Assembly (NCBI RefSeq): GCF_006345805.1
Contig: NW_021835046.1
Span: 1 to 43,261, forward strand
Direction: 5' to 3'
DNA from: Octopus sinensis
Lineage: Eukaryota
DNA: 43,261 nt
In this document: piece by piece, positions 1 through 11,748 of the stretch
Layout: every line of letters starts with the position of its first letter
Position numbering within the stretch: the first letter of the stretch is position 1
Translations under genes and position numbers: made by a program
Notes under the pieces: model-generated
Seen by the model: the letters and a program-made list of their open reading frames with translations, nothing else
Told to the model about the DNA's origin: nothing
The model's database searches: none

Positions 1-350
1 ATATCTATCTATCCGTCTGTCTATCTGTCCGTCTCTCTAACATGCTCTCTCTCTCACTCTCTCTCAGTAAATAGCTGTGAATGTTACTGTTACTATTCTA
101 CTGTTGAAAGGACGGGTAGAAAGAAAAAGAGAAATAAAATGTGTTAAGCAGAGGCGCTTTAGTTGAAGTGAGTGTCAGAGCGAGAGCGAGAGAACGGAAG
201 AGAGAAGAGAGAGAGAGAGAAGAGAAGAGAGAGAGAGAGAGAAGGAACAGAGAGAGAGAGAGAGAAGGAACAGAGAGAAGAGAGAGAGAGAAGGAACAGA
301 GAGAGAGAGAGAGAGAGTGAGAGAGAGGGAAAGGTGATTGACAGGCAGGT
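1..350. repeat. Compound microsatellite (TCTA/CT then GA/GAA-rich)
   Basis: Direct reading; explains the ORFs 159..413 and 172..372. Confidence 0.9.
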
Positions 351-614
351 GGCGTTCATTTTGTGTTTATAAAGGTTTATCAGTACTTTCAGAGTAGACA
401 GATACATAAACACAGTAAATATTGCATGTTACTTGTACTTTCTAAGAAATATACTTTTTCTAAATACTCGGTCGTCATCCAATATTTGACATTACTTTTC
501 CTTTTCTCCGCTATAATTCGATGTTACTCTTATAGATGCTTATATTTTTTGGATTTCGTAGAATTTCCCAAGGTCCTGCTTATACATAATTATTCCATAG
601 TTATTATATGTAGT

Positions 615-970
615 GAAGGCGCATTGCTCAGTGGTTAGAGCGTCGAACTTACAGTCGTGAGGTCGTAAGTTCGATTGCCGGATCGGGCTGCGTGTTGTGT
701 TCTTGAGCAAGACACTTTATTTCACGTTGCTCCAATTGACTCAGCTGTAGAAATGAGTTGCGACATCACTGGTGCCAAGCTGTATCGGCCCCTTTGCTTT
801 TCCCTTGGAAAACATCAGTGGTGTGGAGAGGGGAGGCTGGTATGCATGGGCTACTTCTGGTCTCCCATAAATAACATTGCCCGGATTTGTGCCTCGGAAT
901 GTAGTTTTCTAGGTGCAATCCCATGGTCATTGAAGGAGACCCCCTTCATGACCGAAGGGGGTCTCCTCAT
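615..970 (+). mobile_element. tRNA-derived SINE with CORE-like centre (SINE-D, tail type 1)
   Basis: A box TGCTCAGTGGTTAGAGC, B box GTTCGATTGCC, then CTTGAGCAAGACACTTTATTTCACGTTGCTCCA; head and centre shared with 14097-14410. Confidence 0.75.
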
Positions 971-1056
971 TAAATGAAATCACTATTTACAGATGCTTAT
1001 ATTTTTTTGTTCCCCGTGAAGTTTTCACGGGTCCAGCAAATGATGATGATGATGAT

Positions 1057-1266
1057 TTCAAATGTTTGCCACAAGGTTCAGCTTGAGGGAGGTGGGATGA
1101 GTCGATTACATCAACCCCCATTTTCAACTGGTACTTAGTTTATCGACCCCGAGAGGATGAAAGGCAAAGTAGATACGACGGAATTTGAACTCAGATCGCA
1201 GCGGCAGACGAAATACCGCTAAGCATTTCGCCCGGCGGGTTAAGGATTCTGCCAGCTAGCCACCTT
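1057..1266 (-). mobile_element. SINE-A (tRNA-derived), old copy
   Basis: Reverse complement of GGCGAGCTGGCAGAA..GAGTTCAAATTC..TTTGCCTTTCATCC..GGGGTCGATAAA..AAGTACCAG; head abuts (AAT)n. Confidence 0.85.
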
Positions 1267-1313
1267 ATAATAATAATAATAAAACAACAACAGCAACAAC
1301 AACAACAACTACG

Positions 1314-1685
1314 GTGTTTGATGGAGTCGGAAACTGCAAAATCCTGTGGGATTTCTGAATCCAAATAGATCAGGTGCTAGAACATAAAGTTGGACTGAAT
1401 CCCAGGAGCTCTTTGATTGTTGCTGCGGGCTCCTTTGACTCTCGAATATTCAAGAAGGAAGGCAAGAAAATAGACATATGTAATCTTCTTAAATATGAAA
1501 TCACCCGGCTGTAGAAAATGAAGAAGGTGAAAGTAGTGCTAATTATTGCTGGATCTTTGGGGACAGTATCAGAAGGTATCAAGGGGAATATAAAGGAAAT
1601 AGGAATAGAGTACCCAGGAGAACCGTTACGAAAGGTTTGCCTCCTTGGCACTGCCAGAATAATCAGGAAAGTATTTGACAGTTGA
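1314..1685 (+). pseudogene. R4/Dong-type non-LTR retrotransposon, RLE-domain C-terminal fragment
   Basis: Single frame with 2 stops: GNCKILWDF*IQIDQVLEH...KVVLIIAGSLGTV...LRKVCLLGTARIIRKVFDS*; preceded by (AAT/AAC)n. Confidence 0.8.
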
Positions 1686-1740
1686 AAAGAACTGATAGCA
1701 AAGCTGGTACGCATCCAGGAGTTTCAACAAAATTGTAGCT

Positions 1741-1962
1741 AAAAGGATAGTACTAATAATTGTCGGATACCTGGGAACAGTGAGTAAAAATCTTGAGAAG
1801 CACATGGAACAAATAGGGCTGCAATTAGGGTAGAGCACTTGCAGAAAACAGCACTGCTTGGAACCGCTCGAAAACTCCGGATGGTGCTCGAAACATAAGA
1901 GGTTTTACCTTAATTCACACCGTAGTACATCTCCAGCGTTAGAAGCTGTGCAAAGGCAATAA
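1741..1962 (+). pseudogene. Second R4/Dong-type C-terminus plus 3' UTR
   Basis: IVLIIVGYLGTVSKNLEKHMEQIG/VEHLQKTALLGTARKLRMVLET* (one frameshift); ends in (AAT)n. Confidence 0.8.
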
Positions 1963-2044
1963 TAGTAATAATAATAATAATAATAATAACAATGATGATG
2001 ATGATGATGACTAAATTAGCATGCCCTAGCGTAATGATGATTGC

Positions 2045-2212
2045 AAAGGTCAGCAATTCTGGGCGAGGGGAGGAAGTCGATTGCATGAAGCCCAGTACTC
2101 AACTGTATTTTGTCGACTCCGAAAGGAATTTGAACTCAAAACGTGAAAAAGGGACGAAATGCAGCTAAGCATTTCGCCCGGCGTGCTAACGATTCTGCCA
2201 GCTCTCCGCCTT
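2045..2212 (-). mobile_element. SINE-A, internally deleted
   Basis: GCATTTCGCCCGGCGTGCTAACGATTCTGCCAGCTC match to the other copies. Confidence 0.8.
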
Positions 2213-2269
2213 GCATTAGCGCAGGGCTTCTCACCCGGGGTCCATATGGATGCAATATAGTAAATAAGA

Positions 2270-2890
2270 GGTGAACAGTAAGTGGTGAATATTGTGCTTT
2301 AGACTAGTAGTTTCCAACGTGGATCCCCTTTTGCAATATGGACTCCTATGCAATGGTGCACTCAAGGAAAGATACTTGTTTAAAAAACGCCATGAAAAAT
2401 GTTGCTAGAAATCCTGTTTTACTAATTTATTTACTACTTTACTTTTCAAAATAATAATAACTAGAAGGGGTAATTTAGTAAATTAGGGGTCAACAGTAAT
2501 TTTTCAGGGATCATGAAAAAATTGTGCTTTAGACCTCTGCTGTTATGTGGACATCTGTTGCAATGTGGATCCCCGTGCAATGGTGCCCTCAAGGAGGGAA
2601 ATTTTTTTTAAAAACACCCTGAAAACGCCCTTGTTTAAAAACGCCCCGAAAAATGTCGCTAGAAAATCCTGTATTTACTTATTTATGTACCATTTTACTT
2701 TTCACAACAATAACTAGAAGGGGTATTGTAGTAAATCAAGGGTCAACAGTAATTTTTCAGAGGTCCTGAAAAAATTGTGCTTTAGACTAGTGGACCCCTG
2801 TTGAAATGTGGATCCCTGTGCAAAGGTACTCTCAAGGTACGAAACTTTTTAAAAAATGACCTGAAAAATGTTGCTAGAATTCCTATCTTT
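2270..2890. repeat. Diverged tandem repeat, ~230-253 bp unit x ~2.5
   Basis: ATTGTGCTTTAGAC recurs at 2291, 2521, 2774; GGGTCAACAGTAATTTTTCAG and GCTAGAA also recur. Confidence 0.85.
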
Positions 2891-3242
2891 ATGTACTACC
2901 CTATATTTCAAGGAGAGGAAATGAGCCAGTGAAGGATACTCTCCGTGGTCACTGGATATGCTAAAACTGCAATCGAATGTCACGTTCACCATAAACTACT
3001 GTGTTAAAGGAAAAGGCCTGACACGTTAGATAATGCTATGCCACCTACCTTTAAAATTGACAGGCGTGTTAAACGTGGAACAAGTTAAACAATAGTTGGG
3101 GTTAATGAAAGTGTTCCAAATAGGAAATTATTATTTGAAGTGCGCATACCATTTGCATGTGTCATACCATCTCCCCCTCCCGTCTAACAAATGTCTAAAT
3201 ATGACTTGTTCTACTAGTAACATTCCTTTATCTTTTACTCTG

Positions 3243-3428
3243 AGGCGGCGAGCTGGCTGAAACGTTAGCACGTCGGACGAAATGCTTAGCGTATTTCGTC
3301 TGTCTTTACGTTCTGAGTTCAAATTCCCCCGAGGTCGACTTTGCCTTTCATTCTTTAGGAGAGGATAGATTAGGTACCAGTTGCGTACTGGAGTCAATCT
3401 AATCGACTGGCCCCTCCCCCAAAACTTC
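3243..3428 (+). mobile_element. SINE-A
   Basis: AGGCGGCGAGCTGGCTGAAACGTTAGCACG...GAGTTCAAATT...GGCCCCTCCCCC. Confidence 0.9.
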
Positions 3429-3429
3429 G

Positions 3430-3640
3430 TTTCAATCGTTTAACTACGGCCACGCTGGAGCACCGCTTTGAAAAAATTTGACTCGATTGAATCGACCCTA
3501 GTCATTTTTTTTTTTTTTTTTAAGCCTGGTACTTATTTCATCGTTTTCTTGCCAAAGCACTAAGTTACGGAGTTGTAAACACAGCAACAGCAGTCGTCAA
3601 GCGATGATGGGGAACACAGACGAGCACACACACACACACA
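3430..3640 (-). mobile_element. SINE-B 3' half, diverged
   Basis: GCTGGAGCACCGC...GGTACTTATT...GTCAAGCGATG matches the SINE-B tail in reverse. Confidence 0.75.
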
Positions 3641-3937
3641 CACACGTACACTCTCTCGCTCGCTCTCTCTCTCTATTCACGCGCTCACACACACACAAAC
3701 ATACACTCGCTCTCTTTTTTTACTCACTTTCTCTCTTTCTCTATATTTCCCCCTTTCTGTGTTAGACAGTTCAATTCTGGCTGAGTTCTAAGTTGATGCA
3801 GAAGATCTATTCTGCTACTTCATCTATCGGCCTGTCCGTCCGTCTGTCTGTCTGTCTTTCTATCTTCTGTCTATCTATATATCTATCTATCTATTTCTCT
3901 CTCTATATATATACACACACACATATATATACATATA

Positions 3938-3997
<60 letters not shown>

Positions 3998-4130
3998 ATA
4001 CATATATACATATATATACACACACACACATATATATATATATATACATACATACATATACATATGCGCACGCACGCAAACACACACACACACACACACA
4101 CACCACATATATATCTATATATCATCTGTA
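3625..4130. repeat. Compound (CA)/(CT)/(TA) microsatellite
   Basis: Direct reading. Confidence 0.9.
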
Positions 4131-4309
4131 TATCATACTAAATGTATATACACCGTTGATCTGGGGTATTTTCGTCAGGATGATTCAAACTAATAGGTAT
4201 GCGTTCCGAGTACTCAGGTAGGTGTGCCACCAAAATTCCAGGTAGAACAACAGTGGATGTTGTGGTCCTGTGATTGTCTTGTTCCACGAACGGCAAATGG
4301 TGACTTCCC

Positions 4310-4420
4310 ATTGCAGAAACCTGATTAAGTGGAAATCTGAAGGAGTAATATCTGGTGAATATGGAGGGTGGGGTAACACATCCCAGCCGAGCTGCAGCAA
4401 TTTTTGTCTGGTTCCCAGAG
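4310..4420 (-). pseudogene. mariner transposase fragment
   Basis: LGTRQKLLQLGWDVLPHPPYSPDITPSDFHL = YSPD(I/L)APSD motif of DD34D mariners; homology lost on both sides. Confidence 0.85.
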
Positions 4421-5184
4421 CATCAAATGCCGAAAATGAACTTTCTTATCTTCCATTTTAAAGGGTTACAGAATTAACATAAACCTTCTTCCACGTAAAG
4501 ATAGCTTAAACTGTGCTCTAAATGGAGGTGTAGTCAAATCCTATTTTATGGACTCAACCATGTTCTAAAATAAGTCGAAAGTTAAGCTGCTATAAATCGG
4601 CACTAACTTTCCAGACAACCCAATATTTTTACTGCTTTCTATTACTTGGAAACATTTTGAGGTAAGGAAGTAAAAAATAATGTCCTTCCTTCACACATTT
4701 CCAGCGATTTCTGCATTTCTTCGTAATAGGTTTCCAGTATCAAACACACCCAGATTCTCACCGACGCTGTTTTACCGTTGCCTTGTTTTCAAGTTACGAA
4801 TTTACAGCTTTTCATTCAGGTAAGACTACTTCTGGAGTGACACAGTAGATGACATATGATTAAATACTTCACACTGGTTTGAAATGAAGTAGTTTTGATT
4901 CCATTATGTTCTTAAGCAGAAAATTGTTCTGCTTCTACTGATAAATATTCACCAATTAACGATTTTAGAAATAACATCCATACCCAGTTATGACATTTCT
5001 TTGTGTCCTTGTTCTCTCCTTTTCTATAGTTTTTGCTTTTGTATTTCAGACATCTGTTTATGTAATTGCCTTTGTACGATTGAAACGTAATATCCGTATA
5101 GTAAACGGTTGCGTCGATAACGATATATATTTCACGCCGCCATTAAAAATGGGATTGACTCGGAGATATTTCGTTATAAATTAG

Positions 5185-5861
5185 CATTATTCTGTGTTGT
5201 GTTGCATTGTGTTGTATGTTGTTGTATTGTGTTGTGTGTGTTGTGAATATGTTTGTTGCATTTTGTTGTTGTTGTTGGTCGTGTGTGTGTGGGGGGAGGG
5301 TGTATGCGTGTGTGGGTGTGTTTATGCGTTCCCTTTCTCTCTCCACCACTGTCGGAAGTTGTAATCCACAGTTGTTATAGGATGTCTGTGTAACAATTGA
5401 CCGGTAGATGAGTGGGAGAAAGAGAGAGAGAGAAAGATAGATAGATAGAGAGAGAGAGACGAAAAAGAGAGATAGAAAGAGAGAGAGAGATGTAAAGGCA
5501 GAGAGATAGTGAAACAGAGACAGAGAGACAAAGGGAAACTGAAAGAGAAAGAGACAGAGAGAGAATGAGAAAGAAATGGAGAGAGAGGCAGAGAGAGAAA
5601 GGGAGAGAAAGGGAGAGAGAGAAAGAGAGAGAGATAAAGAAAGAAAGAAAGAAAAATTAAAGAACGAAAGAAAGATGTAAAAGCAGAGACACAGTGAAAC
5701 AAAGAGAGAGTGACAGAAAGAGACTGAGAAAGTGAGCGTGAGAAAAATACAGAGAGCCAGAGAGACGGTGAGATAGGAAGAGAGAGACAGAGACAGAAGG
5801 AGGCTGAGATAGAAAGAGAGCGTGAGAAAGAGGCAGAGAGAGAGAGAGAGAGAGAGCGAGA

Positions 5862-5894
<33 letters not shown>

Positions 5895-5925
5895 GAGGAA
5901 GGAGTGTGTGTTTGTGTGTGTCTAT
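5185..5925. repeat. Compound (TTGTG)/(GT)/(GA) low-complexity tract
   Basis: Direct reading; explains the 269-aa SL-rich ORF. Confidence 0.9.
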
Positions 5926-6187
5926 GTGAATATATTCAATAATGAAAACCAAATTGTTTTGCTAGTTTAAAGGGAAAAAGTGTTTTAAAAAATGCTGAAA
6001 ATGGAGGAGAATGTAGCGAAGAGGAAATGAGTGTGGGACAGCAATAAGAGGCAAGAATAGGAAAAGGCAGAGGTAGAGTAGTAGTGGTGGTGGTGACGGC
6101 GGCGGTGGCAAAATCGTTACCAAGCCGGACAGAATTCTTTGCGGTATTACTTCCGGCCTTACCCGAGGTCGTCTTGGTCTTACAGTC

Positions 6188-6262
6188 TACATTAATCCCT
6201 CGACTATCGAGGATGTTACGTTCCAAAACCTCCCGCGATAGGTTAAAACCCGCGAAGTAGAA
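6188..6262 (+). mobile_element. Tigger/pogo-type terminal fragment
   Basis: TACATTAATCCCTCGACTATCG..GTTACGTTCCAAAACCTCCCGCGATAGG..AAACCCGCGAAGTAG resembles Tigger-type TIR and subterminal sequence; no partner end found. Confidence 0.5.
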
Positions 6263-6302
6263 ACAGTACTACACTACATACTTTTGTAACATTTTTGTAA
6301 TT

Positions 6303-6444
<142 letters not shown>

Positions 6445-6628
6445 GGCGCAGGAGTGGCTCTGTGGTAATAGCTTGCTTACCAACCACATGGTTCCGCGTT
6501 CAGTCCCACTGCGTGGCATCTTGAGCAAGTGTCTTCTACTATAGCCTCGGGCCGACCAAAGCCTTCTGAGTGAATTTGGTAGACGGAAATTGATGTGTGT
6601 GCGCGCGCGTGTGTGTGTTTGTGCGTGC

Positions 6629-6665
<37 letters not shown>

Positions 6666-6868
6666 TGTCTGTTTGTCCCCAGCCCCCACCATCGCTTGAC
6701 AACCGATACTGATGTCTACGTTCCCGTAAACAAGCGGTTCGGCAAAAGACACCGATAGAATAAGTACTAGGATCCCAAAGAATGAGTCCTAGGTTCGATT
6801 TGGTCGACTAAATCCGGTGCTCCAGCATGGCCACAGTCAAATGACTGAAACGGGTTAAAAAGGTAAAG
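6445..6868 (+). mobile_element. SINE-B full length (tRNA head, CORE-like segment, internal microsatellite)
   Basis: GGCGCAGGAGTGGCT..GGTTCAGTCCCACTGCGTGGCA.CTTG.GCAAGTGTCTTCTACTATAGCC..(GT)n..GGTGCTCCAGCATGGCC.CAGTCAAATGACTGAAAC. Confidence 0.9.
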
Positions 6869-6880
6869 ATATATACTTTA

Positions 6881-7500
6881 GAATTAAAAAGCTATACCAA
6901 TCACCGAACTGGACGGCACTGCATAATATGTAATATACTGCCCTGCTTCATTTCGGTTAAGGATCCAGTACTGCAACAGCTTGAGTTTCAGTGGACCATA
7001 ACTGTTAAGCATACTGCCAAGCAATGTGAGAGATTGGTGAGGTGTAGATGTGGAACGGCGAGCTGGCAGAAACGTTAGCACGCCGGACGAAATGCTTAGC
7101 GGTATTTCGTCTGTCGCTACGCTCTGAGTTCAAATTCAGCCGAGGTCGACTTTGCCTTTCATCCTTTCGGGGTCGATTAAATAAGTACCAGTTACGCACT
7201 GGGGGTCGATATAATCGACTTAATCCGTTTGTCTGTCCTTGTTTGTCCTCTCTGTGTTTAGCCCCTTGTGGGCAGTAAAGAAATAGATGTGGAATCCATC
7301 AAAAAGCACCTGGACAAATTTCTGTCTGAAATCCCAGACGAACCCACATCGCGGCACGAGGCACAAAGAAAAGCAGTTCCGTCCAACTCGTTTCTTTACC
7401 AAAAAACAAAAAAAAACACAGTACACAAAGGAGACAAAAAAATCACTGAAAAGCAGTGCTCCAGCATGGTCCTAGCCTCTGGCTGAACCCAGGAAAACAG
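6881..7500 (+). pseudogene. CR1/L2-group LINE 3' end (RT C-terminus plus 3' UTR), split by a SINE-A
   Basis: IKSYTNHRTGRHC..RIQYCNSLSFSGP*LLSILPSNVRDW*GVDVE|SIKKHLDKFLSEIPDEPTSRHEAQRKAVPSNSFLYQ after removing 7056-7294. Confidence 0.7.
7057..7283 (+). mobile_element. SINE-A long-tail subfamily with 11-bp TSD
   Basis: TSD TAGATGTGGAA at 7045-7055 and 7284-7294; tail GCCCCTTGTGGGCAGTAAAGAAA. Confidence 0.9.
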
Positions 7501-7519
7501 TATATGTATGTATATATTA

Positions 7520-7719
7520 TATATTCTTTTATTCTTTTATTTGCTCCAGTCATTTAGCCGCGGCTATGCTGCAGCACCGCCTCTAGTCGAACAAATAGAC
7601 TCCTAGAATTTATTTTATCAGTCACTTTTGCCGGACTCTAAATTATAGGGACATAAACACACCAACATGTGTTGTCAAACGATGGTGAGGAGGGGACACA
7701 AACACAGACACACAACCAC

Positions 7720-7775
<56 letters not shown>

Positions 7776-7849
7776 ATGTATATATGCAAGTATGTATTTA
7801 TGTATATATATATATGTATGCGTATATAATGTATTATATGTATGTGTGC

Positions 7850-7906
<57 letters not shown>

Positions 7907-8068
7907 GATGAGATTCTTTCAGTTTCTACCTACCAAGTCCACTCGCAAGGCTTTGGTTGGCACGAGGCTATAGTAGAAGACACTTGCCCAAGTTGTCACG
8001 CAGTGGGACTGAACCTGGAACCGTGTGGCTGGGAAGCAAGCTTCTTACCACACAGCCACGTAATGCAC
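7520..8068 (-). mobile_element. SINE-B full length with expanded internal TA/GT microsatellite
   Basis: Both halves match 6445-6868 in reverse. Confidence 0.85.
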
Positions 8069-8074
8069 AGATTC

Positions 8075-9470
8075 GTAAGTTTGTTGTTTTTTTTTCTGCA
8101 ATTCTTTGATTCCGTCATTAATTCGTTATTGTTTTACTGCTCTCAACAGCCTTTAAATATTTCTGGTTTATCCGTTAGTATTTCTCTCTTCTGTAATTAT
8201 CCCTGCCAGGAGTTTTCTACATAAGTATTAAACACGTAATTGGACGGTAATTTTAGACGGCGCTTCCTTTTAATAAGTCCTTCATTCATCAAGCATGTCC
8301 TTCCTGTAGTTAAGTACAGTGATATATATATATATATATATTACATCATCATCCGGGTGTGCTGCCTGCACGGATCCTTGTAACTATCTATCGTTGCTCA
8401 AATCTATTATTCATATTTGAATTAGGATCATGGGTTATTGTGAATCTTCCCTTAGCTGATTACACAAACATGGATGCTGCTTCTACGGCTGCGTTACAGT
8501 GACCCTCTTGATAGAGTTTGGTGATTCTGACCGTTGATCTAGGATTCCCCAGCTCAGCATCGATGTAAGAAGCACAGTTGGCTCAGTTGAGCTCTTCCGT
8601 TGCCTCTTTACAATCCACAATGCTGCAGTCCCATAACTTCGCCGTTTTCCTAGCAGGGTGGCTGAACGGGTGCCATGTTTTGCAAAAGGGCAACCCGTAA
8701 CAACACAGGACACTGTTGTCACTCCGTATGGTGTCTCCAAAATTCCTGCATTTACACTCTTAGTTAGGAAGGAAATTCTTATTTAGGAATGTAACTCATG
8801 CTAAATGAATCTTTCATGGAGATTCCTAAACTCTTTCAGTCATAATCATTATCCACCAATTTTCCATTTTCCATTTTCCACGTTCCAACAAACCACTTTT
8901 TCCAACTTTTACTTTTGTCATGAAATAAAAAACTTACTTGTAAGTCAGTGTTTCTGTGATGGTAAAATACTTTTACTCTACAACATATTCAGTATAATTC
9001 TCCGCTTGCTTCATCTACTCCGCTTTATCATTGTGTTTGGCATGTCTCCCAAATTTCTCCGCCAAACTGTTTCCTTTTTTCAACATTCTTACCTAATCAC
9101 TTTTTTTCTCTTTCCTTTACAAAAAACATCAAATCAGCATATCTGGTTTCTTAGGGAAAAAGACGATTATGCATTTATTGTTTCTTATTTTCTTCCTATT
9201 TCCTTATTCTGGCAGCCTTTATTCTTCGCTTTCTGCTTTAGCTCTTCAATCACTGTCCTAATTCCTTCTTTGTTTTCTTTAGGTCATGCATTTCCTCTAC
9301 TCTGTCATTCACTTCCTCTTTCGTAAATTTACCTCATTTCCATTGGTTCAAACTTACTTATATTCGTTCTTAAGGCTACTAATCTTCATTAACATCTGCC
9401 TTTTCCATCAAGGTGCCTACTGAGCCTTCTTTCGTCTTTTCATCTTCCTCAAAATGTCTCCATCTAAATT
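8075..9470 (-). pseudogene. Highly decayed R4/Dong-type RT N-terminal region, interrupted at ~8312-8708
   Basis: Minus strand: TVIEELKQK..AARIRK*EE..HNRLF; HNDKAE; TTGRTCL..KGSAV*NYRPITCLILM*K. Confidence 0.7.
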
Positions 9471-9529
9471 AGCTCACACGAATAACAATCAGTTATTATC
9501 AGCAATGTTTTCACAGGCAATCTTATCGT

Positions 9530-9722
9530 TGTTTGGCAGAATCGTTTAAGCGACGAACAAAATGTATTGCAGTATTTCTACCGACACATTACGTTCTGAG
9601 TTCAAATCACACTGCGGTCAACCTTCTCCTTTCATTCCATCGAGGGATCAATAGATTTGTGAATCACTCAAGTACTGGAGTTGATGGTATTGACTAGCCC
9701 CTTCCCTCAAAATTGCCAGTTT
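9530..9722 (+). mobile_element. SINE-A, old copy
   Basis: TGGCAGAATCGTT..ACGTTCTGAGTTCAAATC..CCTTTCATTCC..GCCCCTTCCCTCAAAATT. Confidence 0.7.
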
Positions 9723-9752
9723 AGATTAGAAACAGATGCGTCAACAACAAAC

Positions 9753-9826
<74 letters not shown>

Positions 9827-10351
9827 GAGTGAGAGAGCAGTGCATGCCATCAAAGTGACATTGGGGTAAAATATACGAAGCCCAGTATACCCATCATGAC
9901 TACCCGTCTGATAAGGGTACGTTAGGCATATGCATCACAACCATATGTGCGCGACATGGTGATCTCATATCAAGATAAACAGCGCATGACTTTGCTGGTG
10001 GGGCCCAGTTAGAATGTTCTTCTGGTCGAGTAACCCATCCCGCTCAAAAGGTCCCTGAATAATGGTTGTTTAAGGATGTTGAACAAAACACCCATGTTTC
10101 CAAAGGTTAATTATTCAAACCTCCAAGAATTCCTTTCAAAACACGGCTATGATGCTCCCCCACTACTTCTGCTCGTGACCAGAGATGCACATATCGTCAG
10201 CCACTAAGGGACATGCTCAACTGGTTAAGGTCAAACAACTGACAAGCAAATCTGTGGTATTGAGCAGAATATTTGCTGTAGCCCATCTTTTATACCAAGA
10301 CAAAACAATGTACATGATAACACTTCCAATCGTTTAATATCAGAAGCCATG
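9827..10351 (-). mobile_element. Element C (non-coding (AAT)n-tailed repeat), copy 1
   Basis: Reverse complement of 21259-21812; abuts (ATT)n 9753-9826. Strand defined by the AAT-tail orientation. Confidence 0.9.
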
Positions 10352-11090
10352 TTTCTGGACAGTCTATTCTGCGGGTACTGATTTGTTCTTTGTTTTTTCC
10401 TGACACTGCTTTGATATTTTTGTTCTCTTTATTCAGTCTTTTGTGTCTATTATTCTACACGCTTTGCACTACGTTCCTGTGTGTTTCTCTCACCCTCTTC
10501 TATTCTATGGCTGCATGTATCCATCCAAGATCTCTATTAAGTTGTTCAACTTGCTTCTCAAATCTTCATTCCCACCATAGGACTTGGTCCTTTGGTTTTC
10601 TTTGGTCCTTTGGTTTTCTTTGGTCCTTTGGTTTTAACCCCAAGGATTTGCACAGTGACAGAATCTGCACAGTATATAAGGTCGTTTACGCCTGTTATAT
10701 ATTTTCAGTATAGATTTTTGTTTACAGCTCGTCCATTATCTTCGCAAATTTACTTAGCTTTTCGCTTTCTGTTCCTCTCAGAGCCAGTAGCCTTTTTCTT
10801 TCACTATTTCCTATCTCGTTCTGGCCTCTTTAGTAAGCTCATCTCTTCCTCTGTAACAACCTTTTTTCCACGACGTAAGATTTGCCTCCTCCGGGCAGGT
10901 GTTTCTTCTTTTCTAAGGATTTATTGACCCTTCCACTATTCCCTGTTCTTATCCTACTTCCTCTTCTTCTTCTTCTTCTTCTTCTTCAATGTAGTTACGT
11001 TCACATTCTTTCACTCTTGAGATCTTCAGTTCCAACCGAGATTAACCACTGTCTTCCCGATTAGCTTTTCCTGGAGTAGAAGAATATTTT
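10352..11090 (-). pseudogene. R4/Dong-type ORF N-terminal fragment, decayed
   Basis: Minus strand: WLSRLEL; GVNDLIYCA..VTVQILGVK; WWE*RFEKQVEQLNRDLGWI; QYPQNRL. Contains an 18-bp triplication at 10583-10636. Confidence 0.55.
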
Positions 11091-11516
11091 GTGGTTTTAA
11101 GAGATTGTTGAGTTGCAGTCATTAGAGGTTCTAAACCCATGCTGCAGAACTCTTCCGGCCACATATATTATTATTGATTACCTTTGAAATACCAACTGCC
11201 CATATTGCACTGCAAAGATGACTACGAGTCAGAGGGCATATCACTGAGCATGCTTCAGAACATTGATTCTTGAATTGTTATAGGCTACATACTGTATCGC
11301 TAGTCTATAGACAAATTTGCGATGCCTCAATTTGGACAGTTGCATTGCTTCTCCTCTGTCTTGAAAATTCAAATAGGTATTCCTATATATATCATACTGT
11401 GAGTGACGCAGGGGCACACAGCAGTACAAATCGGATAGGTTCACCAGAAACCACTCATTTGTAGGCAAAGAATGTCATTCCGAAAAGAAGAGACACGTTA
11501 TATATATTTTTTTCCT

Positions 11517-11748
11517 ATTTCTTTATTACCCACAAGGGGCTAAACATAGAGGGGACAAACAAGGACAGAACAGACATAGGTATTAAGTCGATTACATCGA
11601 CCCCGGTGCGTAACTGGCACTTAATTTATCGACCCCGAAAGGATGAAAGGCAAGTCGACCTCGGCGGAATTTGAACTCACAACGTAACGACAGACGAAAT
11701 ACGGCTACGCATTTCGCCCGGCGTGCTAACGTTTCTGCCAGCTCGCCG
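11517..11748 (-). mobile_element. SINE-A long-tail subfamily
   Basis: TATTTCTTTATTACCCACAAGGGGCTAAAC...GCCAGCTCGCCGC. Confidence 0.9.

Noticed and set aside
2022-2227. Imperfect 14-bp inverted repeat flanking the SINE-A at 2045-2212
   Set aside because: Needs two gaps to align, and the right half overlaps the hAT-like terminus; likely chance
4780-4825. Splice-like signals (CAG|GTAAG at ~4819; polypyrimidine-CAG at ~37799) suggesting host exons
   Set aside because: No matching partner site with a credible open frame; such motifs are expected by chance
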